Shown piece by piece: positions 9,834 through 19,479 of a stretch of DNA of 60,223 nt; position 1 is the stretch's first letter, and each line of letters starts with the position of its first letter. This DNA is from a virus. Its lineage: Duplodnaviria; Caudoviricetes. The DNA lies in IMG/VR virus record IMGVR_UViG_3300027956_000009, positions 1 to 60,223 of that record; one strand, 5' to 3'. The position numbers were made by a program, and so were the translations under genes. The notes under the pieces were generated by a model. The model ran no database searches, was not told the DNA's origin, and was given only the letters and a program-made list of their open reading frames with translations.

Positions 9834-10777
9834 TAGTATAATTGTATGATTCGGTTAAGGTTGCCTGTCCCGTAAGGATCGACATTCAACCTCGGAACGG
9901 CAGCACCGCGAGATGAAGCAGCTTCCTCTTCCATGAGCTGCATGCACTTGTTCCAGTGATATTCAGCACGCTCAATGTCAGCGTTGTCTTCCATTAGGCG
10001 ACCTAGTAACCCCTGTTTTAAAGCTCCAACGTTGCTTACATACACGATGTCGTTGTCAGTGCGGAGGGGTTGGAAGGCGCGTTTACAAAGAACATGCACA
10101 ACGGTCTGGCCATCGGTAGAGTTATTGAGGCGGAATCTTCGATAGCGAGTAACGCCAGAGTTCGGTCCGACTGTGGCAATGGTGGTGTCCGCATCGGCAG
10201 CAGTTATCCGAATGTCGTATAAGTCAGCTAGGAGATCAAACTGAATACTTATTACTGAACTAATCGGCTGTGAGAACGTAAGGGGGACGTCGCTGTCTGA
10301 GACAGAGTCAGTTGTGGACGTGTAGATTTTATCTCCGTCAGTCGCTATAATGGAGATAGTGCTGCCGTCGGTTGTATTAAAATTACTGCGTGTCGGTGAG
10401 TGGTCTGACGGCACGATGTGTAAAGTGTTTGTTGCAGTTTCGATAAGCCGCTTGATGGGGTGATATCCCGCATCAATCAGACCAAACGACAAGTCAGTCG
10501 TACCAGCGTTCATGCCGACAGACTTAAAGTCGTGCCACAAAGATCGAACTGGAACTGGTTGGTTATCAACGATCGTATGTAGGACAGCGTCGGCTTCGTC
10601 CGGTAGGGTAATGCAGTTGTCAACTACCGGTAAACTATACTGGATGGTTAAGTCACGATACGTACCCATGTTGTAAATACGAGACAATACCTGACTCAGG
10701 CTCGATTTGAAATCACCACTCGGCTCGATGTAACTACCGAGCATGGGGACAAGCTGATTGACGGTGATGGCTGGCAT
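9833..10777 (-). CDS. Putative structural protein (head-tail adaptor / tail tubular-like)
   Basis: In the late operon; helical N- and C-termini around a beta-rich core, as in podovirus adaptors; no diagnostic motif. Confidence 0.4.
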   Translation of the reverse strand: MPAITVNQLVPMLGSYIEPSGDFKSSLSQVLSRIYNMGTYRDLTIQYSLPVVDNCITLPDEADAVLHTIVDNQPVPVRSLWHDFKSVGMNAGTTDLSFGLIDAGYHPIKRLIETATNTLHIVPSDHSPTRSNFNTTDGSTISIIATDGDKIYTSTTDSVSDSDVPLTFSQPISSVISIQFDLLADLYDIRITAADADTTIATVGPNSGVTRYRRFRLNNSTDGQTVVHVLCKRAFQPLRTDNDIVYVSNVGALKQGLLGRLMEDNADIERAEYHWNKCMQLMEEEAASSRGAAVPRLNVDPYGTGNLNRIIQLY

Positions 10778-10852
10778 TACTTCTTTAGGGTTTTACAAGT
10801 CAAAATATATACAGGAAGAAACTAAGGGTCAAGGGTAAAGGTTAGGGTTGGA

Positions 10853-11746
10853 CTAGAGCTTCGCGCCGTTGTCAGTATCCCATACCGGCACGGCTGGATT
10901 GTCCTTGGCATATGGCCACCACACCTGCGGTTCATGGATGAAATCGGTGCCTGTCTCGTTGGTTGTTGATGGGTCGGTAGCAAAATAGACTTGGCAAGTC
11001 GCGTCGCCGCTTTCGAGCCGCAGGATGTATTGGCAAATAGCCACTGCGTATGCGCTCCAATCACCAAATCCGCCTTCAGAGTTGTAAATGTTGGTGCCGC
11101 CTCCAAACGGAACTGGGTAGTAATCGCCCCAATACATCTCGATCTCTAGAAAGAACTGATTAGTTGGAGCATATAGCCCATCTGCCGGATCTGCTTTGAC
11201 GACTGCCACGCGTTTTCCTCGAAAGACTTTTGCATAGACGCCAAAGCCAATGTCAGGCGTCCCCCACCATTGCGAATTGCTAGACTGGGTGCCGTTAAAG
11301 TCATCCTGCTCGAAGGAGAAAGCGTCGATGTGATCCGGATCATTCCACGCGTCGCGCCACATGCCATTCTCGTTGTCTGCAATGTCGCTGTAATAGCTGC
11401 CGATACCGGAGTTGTATGTCGCTCCGTTGTAATCGTCGCCGCCGAGCTTGCAATAACCGCGCTGCTGGTAGGTTGACGCGCTTACATCAAGCCGCCGGTT
11501 TGTTGGTGCGGCGGTAGGGGCACTAATCGTTGACGTCGATCCGTAAGCTTTCCACGACGCGCTCCCTCCTGTGAACCAAGCATCTTTGACGCGATAAAAT
11601 ATCTCTGCAACTTGATCCAGCGTCACCTCCATCGGGAATGCCGTGCCGTCGCCACAAGCCACAAAGCCCTCATCAGGGGTTCCGCTAGTAACTTGACCAT
11701 CGACCCATGTAAACCTTTTATTTCGAGTGAAAACTCCGTTACTCAT
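10853..11746 (-). CDS. Hypothetical virion/tail protein
   Basis: 297-aa Trp/Tyr/Asp/Gly-rich ORF in the tail region. Confidence 0.5.
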   Translation of the reverse strand: MSNGVFTRNKRFTWVDGQVTSGTPDEGFVACGDGTAFPMEVTLDQVAEIFYRVKDAWFTGGSASWKAYGSTSTISAPTAAPTNRRLDVSASTYQQRGYCKLGGDDYNGATYNSGIGSYYSDIADNENGMWRDAWNDPDHIDAFSFEQDDFNGTQSSNSQWWGTPDIGFGVYAKVFRGKRVAVVKADPADGLYAPTNQFFLEIEMYWGDYYPVPFGGGTNIYNSEGGFGDWSAYAVAICQYILRLESGDATCQVYFATDPSTTNETGTDFIHEPQVWWPYAKDNPAVPVWDTDNGAKL

Positions 11747-13017
11747 AACGGTAGATCGTAGTAGTTGCGGTGACTCATCTCCAACCCAATTAGCTGAAAC
11801 TCTCCATTCACCACAGCTAAATCCTCAAAGATGCGGATCTCCTCAAACTGATACTGTGTAACTGGATTGTCGTAATCGCTATTGACTTTTGCTAATACGC
11901 GATATTGAGTAGTATAATCTGAATCAGGAACTGTTTCTTCTAGGGTAACAGCTGCACTATCTGCAACTATCTCACGTGTGCTTGGATCTCTATCAAAAGC
12001 CAGTACAATAAAACCAGCTCCTATTGCATCACCATCTGATACAATACCGTCAACTACGGTTTGCTTTGTGCCCTGAGTGTATATCTCACCACCCACATAA
12101 TTCCATTGTTGGACTGGCTCGGCTCCTTCTTCGCCTCCTTCTTCGCCTCCTTCTTCGCCTCCTTCTGGCGCAACTAAACCCCCATTAGTAACCTTCCACG
12201 GGTGGTGGATGCTATCCCCTTCTCCTCCCGCTCCTGTGTAGTAATTAGCCGGATCAGGGTATGTAGTTGTGTGGTCGTCGCCATCAGCTCCTTCAACTAC
12301 ATAAGCGGTGTTGGCTTGTATGTAAAATAAACCAGTTTTTGCGTTGTCCCCCCGTTTTAATAATACGGGAATTATGCTCTTCTGTTCGGGATCTAACGCA
12401 CCATACCCCTCTTTGGGGGTAAATATGTTTGCCGCACTATCAACAAAATCCCTATTGCTTAGCTCGTCTAGCTTCAAGATACCACCGTTCTGTCTGACAA
12501 GGTCCAAGGGTGGTGTTGTATTGTATCGGCCCCCAAAAATTTCCGAGTCGGGGGTCACGTCCCCAATAACTGCGTTACCATAAATTGGTAGAGTAACGGG
12601 TGGAACGTTACCCGAATTGGTGTCGGGCGTTGTCTGTGCCTGAATGCTCGGCTGGGGTTCGTTTAACGGAGTAGGAAAAAGAACAGGCGCAGGAGCCGGA
12701 GCTGGTATGGGAGGCTGGCTCTGAAAGGTAGTAACGCTACTTATGATAGGGGTAGCGCTTATCGTTGGGGGGTTTGGCAGATTAAAGTCAATGGAGCTAC
12801 CTTTAAATGTAGGACTTACTCCATTTATTTTAACTCTTTCGAGTATAGATTCAACCGTAGCTGTTATGCTCGGGGGGTTCATAAACCCACCTACGGGGGT
12901 GAGAGTGGGTAACGGTGGTGCTTTTGGGTTATCGGTTATGACTATGCTTGGATCTCTCGCAGATATTTTCTGGTTAAGATCGGCAATCGGATCTACGGTG
13001 TGCGCATCACTAGACAT
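11743..13017 (-). CDS. Hypothetical virion/tail protein with Pro-rich linker and EGGE repeats
   Basis: 424 aa; Pro-rich tract; 12-bp tandem repeat near 12121-12165. Confidence 0.55.
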   Translation of the reverse strand: MSSDAHTVDPIADLNQKISARDPSIVITDNPKAPPLPTLTPVGGFMNPPSITATVESILERVKINGVSPTFKGSSIDFNLPNPPTISATPIISSVTTFQSQPPIPAPAPAPVLFPTPLNEPQPSIQAQTTPDTNSGNVPPVTLPIYGNAVIGDVTPDSEIFGGRYNTTPPLDLVRQNGGILKLDELSNRDFVDSAANIFTPKEGYGALDPEQKSIIPVLLKRGDNAKTGLFYIQANTAYVVEGADGDDHTTTYPDPANYYTGAGGEGDSIHHPWKVTNGGLVAPEGGEEGGEEGGEEGAEPVQQWNYVGGEIYTQGTKQTVVDGIVSDGDAIGAGFIVLAFDRDPSTREIVADSAAVTLEETVPDSDYTTQYRVLAKVNSDYDNPVTQYQFEEIRIFEDLAVVNGEFQLIGLEMSHRNYYDLPL

Positions 13018-13023
13018 AATTTA

Positions 13024-15363
13024 TTAGAGGTTCCCAAGATACACTTCAACGACTTCAGTTACCCATATACCGTCCTGCCAATGGTTCGATGATATGTCTT
13101 CAATAACCCATTGCCCGTCCTCAAGAGAAACAGGCTCTGTAGCTGGAATATGTATAGCAGCCCCCGATATCGAAGATAAAGTCACTGCGATGGACCTTCT
13201 AAGGCAAGCAGGTATCTGCAAAGACAGAACACTCTTACCAAACGATATGGAATTAGATTCAGACGAGCTATCAGATAGAGAGTTACTAACGGAACTTCCA
13301 GAGTTCTCCGACGTAGAACTACCAGAACTCCTTGACGAAGAAACGCCTGAGTTTTCCGAAGTAGAATTACCACTGCTAAGAGACGTAGAAGAGCCTGAGC
13401 TTTGCGACGTAGAGCTACCAACGTTATTTGACGAAGAAATGCCTGAGTTGTCCGAAGTAGAGTTGCCCGAGCTATCAGACGTAGAGTCGCTTATACTTTG
13501 GGAAGTGGAACTACCAGAATTATTTGAGTCAGCGAAACCTGTGTTCGACGAAGTAGTGGTTCCTGAGCTGCTCGACGTAGCGTCGCTTATATTTTCCGAA
13601 GTCGAGCTGCCAGAACCTTGTGACGTAGAATAACCTTGGTTTTCCGTAGAGGAATTACCGGAGCTAGAAGAACCGCCCGAACTAGCTGTGACGCCTTGTG
13701 TGGTAGTTTCTCCTTGTTGATCCTCTGGTTCGTCAACCGGAGCACCCTTAAGGTTGCCTGATCTTAGAGTAAAGGAGTAAGAATCCGAGGTACCAGCAGA
13801 GCCGCTACTTGAAAAAGAGGACTGATTACCGTAACTATTAGATGAGGAAGATCCGGAGTTCGTAGATTCAGACGTTCCGGCATTGGAAGAACTAGACAAT
13901 CCGGAACTATTAGAGGAGGTCGATCCAGTGTTTGTAGAGTCAGACGTTCCAGAATTACTGGAAGTAGAAGTTCCAGAGCTATTGGAAGTAGAAGTTCCGG
14001 AGCCATTAGAGGTAGATGATCCACTATTCGTAGAATCGGATGATCCAGAACTGCTGGAAGAAGACGATCCAGTGTTTGTAGAGTCAGACGTCCCAGAACT
14101 ACTGGAAGTAGATGATCCGCTATTCGTAGATTCAGACGTTCCGGAATTATCGGAGGTAGATGATCCGAAGCTATTGGATGAAGATACTCCGGAGTTTTCG
14201 GAAACAGAGAGGCTGTTCGAAACAGACCGACTCTCCGACTCTCTTTCATACTCTAGGACGAAAACAAACTCTTCTGGCCTGTATACCCTACCATTAAAAT
14301 CAACTTCAGGGGGACCAAAAGTAAATTTCCTAGTCCAACGAGCGGGTAAGACTCCATCGTATTGGGGTTGAAATATCGGGATCAACGTCGGATTTTGTTT
14401 AGAATCCACTACTTCAATACGATCCAATACTCTAGGTAAATTGGAGGCTCTTCGAGAACCGTACCAGACTTGGTCATCGGGTAGCGTGTATAATCGAGTC
14501 TCTTGGCGTGCCTGTCTTATGGACTCTGGGTCTCGGCTAATGGCTCGCACAACCCCGTTATCTTCCACTGGATTTGAACCGATGATGTCTGACTCAGGAT
14601 CTACACGGGTTCTTTCAATGTCCACGCGGACACCGTAGCGTGGGTCAAAAAGAACGCCACGTAACTCGGAGAAACCTACGTCATATGTATTGTTGTCCTC
14701 ATCAAAATCTGTGATTGCAATCTTGGTCGTCTTCACGGCCTTCCCGTTTCCAATCGCCATCACGGAGGATTCGACCACACCAGTGGAGTCGTCAGGACGG
14801 TCTCCCTCTTCAACGTGGGACTCAATAATAACGTAGTTCTGATCCTCCGCAGACCGTGAAACCGTAGTGAGGGGCAGAATGTATATGTGCTCTTCCCGAA
14901 CAAATAGACTATCTAACTCAGTCTCAGCCCGAACCTGATTGACTTCATGCAGTATGTATCCAGCCTCAAACTTATCGAGAGGGGCATTCGGCATTTCGGA
15001 ACCCAACAGAGGTTCGGTTAAGTCAAACGACTCCCTTGGTGATAGGTAAGTCCTCTTTACCATCGGGACTGACAGAGTGCCTACGCGTAAGCGACCTACT
15101 TCAAAGTTGTAAAGATCTTGGTTCTCACGATCTGCCGCGTAGAAGAATTCAAATATCTCGTTGCGCTCGATGTCTACTGGCTTGACGTAGACAAGTTTAT
15201 GGTGGGGCCACTTTACCGCATCAGGATGCGGGGTTCCGTATTCAGGAATCAGGATGCGGTTGCAGTCACGGACCTCGCTGAACAAGACATCACCAGTCAG
15301 AGGAGTCGGGAATACTTTCCGATCCTGCCTAAACGGTGCTTGTGGTAGTTGTGATATTGGCAT
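13024..15363 (-). CDS. Putative tail protein with a ~340-aa Ser-rich octapeptide-repeat insert
   Basis: 779 aa; globular N- and C-parts flank two Ser/Thr/Asn/Gly arms. Confidence 0.7.
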   Translation of the reverse strand: MPISQLPQAPFRQDRKVFPTPLTGDVLFSEVRDCNRILIPEYGTPHPDAVKWPHHKLVYVKPVDIERNEIFEFFYAADRENQDLYNFEVGRLRVGTLSVPMVKRTYLSPRESFDLTEPLLGSEMPNAPLDKFEAGYILHEVNQVRAETELDSLFVREEHIYILPLTTVSRSAEDQNYVIIESHVEEGDRPDDSTGVVESSVMAIGNGKAVKTTKIAITDFDEDNNTYDVGFSELRGVLFDPRYGVRVDIERTRVDPESDIIGSNPVEDNGVVRAISRDPESIRQARQETRLYTLPDDQVWYGSRRASNLPRVLDRIEVVDSKQNPTLIPIFQPQYDGVLPARWTRKFTFGPPEVDFNGRVYRPEEFVFVLEYERESESRSVSNSLSVSENSGVSSSNSFGSSTSDNSGTSESTNSGSSTSSSSGTSDSTNTGSSSSSSSGSSDSTNSGSSTSNGSGTSTSNSSGTSTSSNSGTSDSTNTGSTSSNSSGLSSSSNAGTSESTNSGSSSSNSYGNQSSFSSSGSAGTSDSYSFTLRSGNLKGAPVDEPEDQQGETTTQGVTASSGGSSSSGNSSTENQGYSTSQGSGSSTSENISDATSSSSGTTTSSNTGFADSNNSGSSTSQSISDSTSDSSGNSTSDNSGISSSNNVGSSTSQSSGSSTSLSSGNSTSENSGVSSSRSSGSSTSENSGSSVSNSLSDSSSESNSISFGKSVLSLQIPACLRRSIAVTLSSISGAAIHIPATEPVSLEDGQWVIEDISSNHWQDGIWVTEVVEVYLGNL
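13235..14250 (-). repeat. Degenerate 24-bp (8-aa) coding repeats in two arms
   Basis: NSGTSEST/NSGSSTSS/SSGTSDST/NTGSSSSS..., interrupted by GNLKGAPVDEPEDQQGE at about 13700-13760. Confidence 0.85.
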
Positions 15364-15364
15364 A

Positions 15365-17416
15365 TTAGAATACGGGGGTTGCGACTAGGCGCATACGTTG
15401 CGGGGTTCCGGTTTCACTACCCCCCACAGAAGCCACAAAAAGCTCAACGTAGTCGTTTGTAGCGAACTCGATGATCCAATTAGTCACCAGCTTGGCAACG
15501 CCTACACCAGATTTAGTTGGGCACACCGCATTACACTGCGTGGCATCAATCACTGTTCCGTTTTTTGCAACCTTAATAGTGAACATCGCGCCGTCAGTAG
15601 CTGAAAACATATCCATGCTGGCGAACACCAAGAACCTACGGGTCGCGGAGCCTGTATAGCGTAGACGATTATCTACGCCGTTAGCATCGAATTGAGCCGC
15701 TGCGTCTAGACTCGTAGTGAGGACTAGCTTAGCATAAGTAGTAGTGTATCCCGTTGATGTTCCTGCGGTCTGGCTGCCCGTCTGGCCATATGCTGAGGCT
15801 GCGACACCCGTTCCACCATTGGTGACGGGTAGAGTTCCAGTAACACCAGTAGTTAGGGGCAAACCAGTGCAACTTGTAAGCGTGCCAGAAGTTGGTGTGC
15901 CCAATATAGGTGTGACTAAAGTTGGGGAAGTAGCCAGCGCATTGGCACCACTTCCAGTCGAAGTCGTTACGCCAGTGCCACCGTTCGCCACTGGTAAAGT
16001 GCCAGTTACGCCAGTGGTTAAAGGAAGTCCAGTGCAGCTTGTGAGCGTACCAGAAGTAGGTGTGCCCAAGATAGGCGTGACTAAAGTCGGAGAAGTAGCT
16101 AACGCATTGGCGCCACTTCCTGTCGAAGTCGTTACACCAGTGCCGCCGTTTGCCGCAGGTAAAGTGCCTGAGACGTGGGTTGTGAGCCCCACTTTTCCGT
16201 AGGCCGGATCTACACCTACACCACCTGACAAAAGAACATTGCCTGTAAGTGCATCAGCTAAACCTAAAGTAGAACGTGCAGAAGTCGCGCTAGACTGTCT
16301 GAGGAATCCAGTAGAGGCTTCCAGCATAAATGAGGAAGAAGTGATTTCCGAAACGTTACCAGACCCTGATGTCGGTTTACCTAAGATGGCGTAGCCTGAC
16401 ATGTCCTGCATCTTGGCATAGGTGACGGCGTCGTTAGCAATAGTGGTGGTTCCTTGGGTTCCAGTTACGTCACCTACAAGAGACCCAGTAAAACTTGCGG
16501 CACTTCCCGTTACGTTACCTGTTACGTTACCGGTGAGCGAACCGCTAAACGTGCCGCTCGCTGTTCCAGTAAAGGTCGGGTTGGCGATATTCGCTTTTAA
16601 ATTGAGTGCTGTTTGTTGTGCCGTCGAGACTGGCTTATTCGCGTCACTGGTGTTGTTCACGTTAGCTAAGCCTACCATCGACGCGGTAATGCCGCCCACC
16701 GTCCCAGTAAAGGTTGGGTTGGCGATGTTCGCTTTTAGATCAAGTGCTGTTTGCTGTGCCGTCGAGACTGGTTTGTTCGCGTCACTGGTGTTAGTCACAT
16801 TAGCCAAACCCACCATCGACGCGGTAATGCCCCCCACCGTTCCAGTAAAGGTCGGGTTGGCGATGTTCGCTTTCAGATCAAGTGCTGTTTGCTGTGCCGT
16901 CGAGACTGGCTTGTTCGCATCACTGGTGTTAGTCACGTTATCTAAGCTCAGGACAGTGCGCGTCTGCGCTGCCGTCAGATCTTCAGGATCACCTGTGCCT
17001 GCCGTAGCGCGTCCTTTGATAGTTGCTGTAGCAACGTTGGCGAGCTTGGCGTTTGTGACAGCGTCGTTGACAATCTCAGCGCTAGTGACAGCGTCATTAG
17101 CCAGCTTAGAGTTGGTAATAGCGTCATTGGCGATCTTGGCGCTAGTGACAGCGTCATTGGCGATCTTGGCGCTAGTGACAGCGTCGTTGGCGATAGTCGT
17201 TACGCCCGCATTGGATAACGTAACATTCCCGCTAAGAGCAACTGACGTAGCTACGTTTGAGCTGTTGCCTACAAGAACATTTCCGCTGGTCAAGGCTGCC
17301 AGTTTACTGAATGCGATAGCCGCGTTTGCTGCGACGGAAGCGTTTGTAACGGAGCCTGTAGCGGGCGTGCTAACGCCAACGTCGGAAATGGTTAAGGTGT
17401 AGGAATCGGATGGCAT
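15365..17416 (-). CDS. Tail fibre with several internal repeat families and a C-terminal beta-sandwich (C1q/BclA-like) head
   Basis: ANDAVTSAKI x5-6; 46-aa NVTNTSDANKPVSTAQQTAL... x3; 55-aa GTLPVANGGTG... x2; C-terminal ...NDYVELFV... strand pattern. Confidence 0.8.
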   Translation of the reverse strand: MPSDSYTLTISDVGVSTPATGSVTNASVAANAAIAFSKLAALTSGNVLVGNSSNVATSVALSGNVTLSNAGVTTIANDAVTSAKIANDAVTSAKIANDAITNSKLANDAVTSAEIVNDAVTNAKLANVATATIKGRATAGTGDPEDLTAAQTRTVLSLDNVTNTSDANKPVSTAQQTALDLKANIANPTFTGTVGGITASMVGLANVTNTSDANKPVSTAQQTALDLKANIANPTFTGTVGGITASMVGLANVNNTSDANKPVSTAQQTALNLKANIANPTFTGTASGTFSGSLTGNVTGNVTGSAASFTGSLVGDVTGTQGTTTIANDAVTYAKMQDMSGYAILGKPTSGSGNVSEITSSSFMLEASTGFLRQSSATSARSTLGLADALTGNVLLSGGVGVDPAYGKVGLTTHVSGTLPAANGGTGVTTSTGSGANALATSPTLVTPILGTPTSGTLTSCTGLPLTTGVTGTLPVANGGTGVTTSTGSGANALATSPTLVTPILGTPTSGTLTSCTGLPLTTGVTGTLPVTNGGTGVAASAYGQTGSQTAGTSTGYTTTYAKLVLTTSLDAAAQFDANGVDNRLRYTGSATRRFLVFASMDMFSATDGAMFTIKVAKNGTVIDATQCNAVCPTKSGVGVAKLVTNWIIEFATNDYVELFVASVGGSETGTPQRMRLVATPVF

Positions 17417-17420
17417 GGTT

Positions 17421-17783
17421 TTAGACGGTTGGTTCTATGGGAGAGCCTTTGGTTACGTTGTCGCGCACAGTCACAGAGCCTTCGATGAGTCGATCCGTCA
17501 CATTGCTGCGGCGCATGAAGATGTCGTAAACGTATCTTCCCGAAGAATTGAGTGACAGCGTATTTGCTTCTGTGAGATTAAACGATACCTGACCATTTAC
17601 TCCGCTATCCAAGATCGTCGGAGTGAACGACACAGCTTTTCTACGAGAAGTTACGTCACGAATGTCAGCATAGAACGCAGCACTACCGATGTTCACAGCA
17701 GTCCCTGCCTGATTCTGAACCGTAAGCACGAACGCGTATTCGGCTGCGCGATCAATGGTGATATCGTAGTTGGCGGCGAGCAT
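17421..17783 (-). CDS. Tail-fibre adaptor / BppU-N-like beta-sandwich protein
   Basis: YDITIDR...GQVSFNLTEANT...GRYVYDI...RLIEGSVTV pattern typical of small phage tail-attachment proteins. Confidence 0.6.
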   Translation of the reverse strand: MLAANYDITIDRAAEYAFVLTVQNQAGTAVNIGSAAFYADIRDVTSRRKAVSFTPTILDSGVNGQVSFNLTEANTLSLNSSGRYVYDIFMRRSNVTDRLIEGSVTVRDNVTKGSPIEPTV

Positions 17784-17788
17784 TGGTT

Positions 17789-17899
17789 CTAGTTGGTTAC
17801 GACAAGAAGAATAATAAACATGATCGCGGCTACGACCAGTGCGTGGAAGAGGCTACCGGTATCGTGCGGGCGTTGCGGGTATTGCGGTTGGGTGGTCAT
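17789..17899 (-). CDS. Small single-TM protein (36 aa)
   Basis: Manual translation MTTQPQYPQRPHDTGSLFHALVVAAIMFIILLVVTN fills an intergenic gap. Confidence 0.45.
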   Translation of the reverse strand: MTTQPQYPQRPHDTGSLFHALVVAAIMFIILLVVTN

Positions 17900-17935
17900 G
17901 GATTTAGTCCAGTGTTACAAAATCGCGAAGTTTCA

Positions 17936-18385
17936 TCATACAGGAAAGAGGGCTAGAAATAAGTCACGGTCTGCGGACATATCTGGATAAATGATCGGTA
18001 CAGTTTCGAGAATTTCCCTAGCTCCTGCCAAGTCACCAGCAAGTATAGCTGCATGCACAGCCAATCTGACTTGGTCCCACAAGGCTTGCTTGCCTTTGGG
18101 AAGGGAGTCATACACGGCAGAAGCGGCAGCGAGTGCTCCTTCAATAATCCGTGCTTGCAGCTCCTCTGCTGTTGGTTCTGGAACTGGAAACGTATGCACC
18201 TCCACGCGCTCCAATCCTATCGTCGGCAAGAAATCCTCTATAGAATCATAGGAGATCATTTCACCTTGTCTTCCGACAGGAATATAGACATCGGCAGAGT
18301 CAGTTTCTATGACACTGTATCTTGTGTGGTTGGCTGAGACGTAGTTTCCGTCAGCGTCCTCTTTAGCGTTGTAGTATTTTGGCAT
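17936..18385 (-). CDS. Hypothetical protein (possible fibre/LRR assembly chaperone)
   Basis: 149 aa; VPEPTAEELQA linker like tail-fibre-assembly proteins; directly after the LRR gene. Confidence 0.45.
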   Translation of the reverse strand: MPKYYNAKEDADGNYVSANHTRYSVIETDSADVYIPVGRQGEMISYDSIEDFLPTIGLERVEVHTFPVPEPTAEELQARIIEGALAAASAVYDSLPKGKQALWDQVRLAVHAAILAGDLAGAREILETVPIIYPDMSADRDLFLALFPV

Positions 18386-18426
18386 AGCGAGTTTTGGGTA
18401 TGAGGGTATGGTTATGGCACTTTATA

Positions 18427-19476
18427 TTAAACATTAGTCCAGATGTAATCTTTATCGTTCTCTGTTGTCAACCAAGCCGCAAAAGCAGTTGATCCGGGAT
18501 TTCCGCCATACTTTATCCTACCAGTGGTGGTAACTGCCAGCGAGTTCACGAAAGCCTGCAACGCCTCAAGCGACAAATCATTGTCGCCAATATCTGAGCC
18601 ACCGACAGAGCTGAAGGATAAATTCAAACCAGTAGCTAGGATACTGGTGAGGTTGTTGTTTTCGATGTAGAGTTTAGTCAAAGCTGACAAACCTGTTCCT
18701 GAAAAAGTGGTAAGTTGGTTGTTGGGGATTTCGAGGGCGGTCAAAGATGACAAACCTGTGCTTGAGAAAGTGGTAAGTTGGTTGTTGTCGAGGGTGAGGG
18801 ACGTCAACGATGACAAACCTGTGCCTGAGAAAGTGGTAAGTTGGTTATTGTAGAGATAGAGAGTCGTCAAAGCCGACAAACCTGTGCCTGAGAAAGTGGT
18901 AAGTTGGTTGCTGCCGAGGTTGAGGTTTGTCAACGATGACAAACCTGTGCCTGAAAAAGTGGTAAGTTGGTTATTGTAGAGATAGAGAGTCGTCAAAGCC
19001 GACAAACCTGCGCTTGAGAATGTGGTAAGTTGGTTGCTGTCGAGGCCGAGGCTGGTCAACGCTGACAAACCTGTGCCTGAAAAAGTGGTTAGTTGGTTGC
19101 TGGAGAGGTTGATGGCAGTAATGTCCCCCGATCTCGTAGTGCCACCGTTCGTCACTGAAATAATCCCATAAGCGCGATGCAAACCGCTGGCAAGAATGGT
19201 GAGCGTGATGTTGTTTCCCGCCACACCCGTTCCGACTTGTGCTCCAAGAGTGTTATCAGGATTAACTAGACGAGCATATCCAGTGGATGTTTTGACCGTA
19301 AAAGTACCTGACGTTGCGCGGGTGGTGGCGAAATAGCATGTTCCTGCATTGCTGGCTCCACGAACAGCTGCAAGTGAGGCAATCAGCCTGTCACCTGCCA
19401 GAGACATAACAACGGTTGCTGGATCTTCTCCAGCTAAGAAGGAATCCATTGCGGCTGATAGTATTAAGTTGGGCAT
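18427..19476 (-). CDS. Leucine-rich-repeat virion protein
   Basis: Eight 21-aa units LSxLTxLxLxxNQLTTFSGTG matching LxxLxLxxNxL. Confidence 0.85.
   Translation of the reverse strand: MPNLILSAAMDSFLAGEDPATVVMSLAGDRLIASLAAVRGASNAGTCYFATTRATSGTFTVKTSTGYARLVNPDNTLGAQVGTGVAGNNITLTILASGLHRAYGIISVTNGGTTRSGDITAINLSSNQLTTFSGTGLSALTSLGLDSNQLTTFSSAGLSALTTLYLYNNQLTTFSGTGLSSLTNLNLGSNQLTTFSGTGLSALTTLYLYNNQLTTFSGTGLSSLTSLTLDNNQLTTFSSTGLSSLTALEIPNNQLTTFSGTGLSALTKLYIENNNLTSILATGLNLSFSSVGGSDIGDNDLSLEALQAFVNSLAVTTTGRIKYGGNPGSTAFAAWLTTENDKDYIWTNV
18640..19123 (-). repeat. 63-bp tandem coding repeats (LRR units)
   Basis: Recurring aaagtggtaagttggtt / gacaaacctgtgcctga blocks at 63-bp spacing. Confidence 0.9.
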
Positions 19477-19479
19477 AAT

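Noticed and set aside
13235-14250. Ice-nucleation protein
   Set aside because: Octapeptide periodicity is present, but the INP consensus (AGYGSTxTA...SxLxA) is absent
13094-17402. Long + strand ORFs opposite the Ser-repeat protein and tail fibre (e.g. 13094..13633, 13883..14371, 16422..17402)
   Set aside because: Antisense read-outs of low-complexity coding repeats
18640-19123. Diversity-generating retroelement acting on the LRR or tail fibre
   Set aside because: No reverse transcriptase and no separate template repeat; variation lies between in-frame tandem units
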